Shown here piece by piece: positions 63,131 to 64,000 of a stretch of 64,000 nt of DNA. Under the pieces are notes generated by a model, which made no database searches, had not been told where the DNA came from, and was given only the letters and a program-made list of their open reading frames with translations. Position numbers and translations under genes: made by a program. The DNA is from Epiperipatus broadwayi (lineage: Eukaryota; Animalia; Onychophora). Where the stretch lies: contig JAQFVV010000006.1 of the NCBI GenBank assembly GCA_028023455.1, forward strand, positions 13,950,001 to 14,014,000. The letters run 5' to 3'. Positions within the stretch are counted from its first letter, which is position 1; the number at the start of each line of letters is the position of its first letter.

Positions 63131-64000
63131 CATAAATACATCTCCATATTTTTGAAATATTTTTTATCTAAAAAAAATAGTGCACCAAATCTTTTGCATA
63201 AGACTTTATTGAGTTTTCTGCTTTTGTTAGTCGATAATTAACACAAGTATTTTTTTTTTTGAGCCAAATGACAAAATGTAGCATTTATTTTATTCAGTTC
63301 CAAACACTTTCTTTTAAATTATTTTTCACCTAGATTTTTTAAATCGGAATGTGTCATCTCTAAATACCACCTTAACAAAGATATTATTGAAGTTGCTATT
63401 GCTTGAAATTTTTTCACATTCAACATAGTTACATTATTAGCAAATTCTTTTATTCCCCCCTCCTCTTCTTCCAAAGTCACGTGATGTTTTGTTGGTCATG
63501 TGGTAGTCTAGTTTTCATCATTTTCCAAACAAAACTTATAGGCAATAAAAATTCATCATTTCTTTTATTTATTTTCACTTTGTTCATTTTATTCTGATGA
63601 AGCTGTCGAAAATAAATTTTCTGTTTGTTCAAACTGAATAACATCCGTTCATTCTAGTTGCTTGGATTTTGTCTATTAGGATTTGATTTAGTATTGCTTC
63701 CTTTCAATTATTTATCCATTGTGATAGATATATATGACGTATTAGATAAAAGAATATAAAAAAAATAATTCAAACAATCGTTATTAGACTGTTAACCATT
63801 TAATTTCAATATTTTCAGAATTTTTAATAACACAATTCATATTTATTATTAAAAGGGAAAGTTCGTAAACATAAAAATTACTGTGTATTAGAGTTGTATG
63901 TTGTAATTTTCATACTTCTATACATATATTGTCATATATGAAAATATTTTTCATGAACCATTAAAATACTTATAGAATCGTATAAAACCTGGTTCATAAT

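Noticed and set aside
63595-63615. CTGATGAAGCTGTCGAAA
   Set aside because: The spacer is too short to form stem II, and there are no flanking stems.

Overview
Very AT-rich eukaryotic genomic DNA, probably from an invertebrate animal (the organism cannot be assigned from sequence alone). I found no convincing host protein-coding exon, rRNA, intact tRNA or CRISPR array, so the window looks intronic or intergenic and is dominated by mobile elements. DNA transposons: four Merlin-like elements with GGTAC/GATAC termini (three with 8-bp TSDs, one a 1,958-bp foldback), hAT-type elements, and a decayed Charlie/Buster-like transposase. Retroelements: three RTE LINE fragments, LINE remnants with an SGNH-esterase ORF1 and an APE domain, a Tx1/L1-like zf-RVT fragment, a Penelope-like GIY-YIG 3' end, and a tRNA-Gly-derived SINE family. 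The main signal is a dense set of about 20 minimal type I hammerhead ribozyme (HHR) motifs, several fully canonical. They belong to at least three short non-coding repeat families, which occur either as tandem ~400-420 nt units or as snap-back (inverted) copies whose junctions cluster at the ribozyme. One family couples the HHR to a tRNA-like B-box. Together this suggests a retrozyme-like, Penelope-mobilised system of self-cleaving small RNAs. All alignments and translations were done by eye, and the family labels B, C, F and G are my own.
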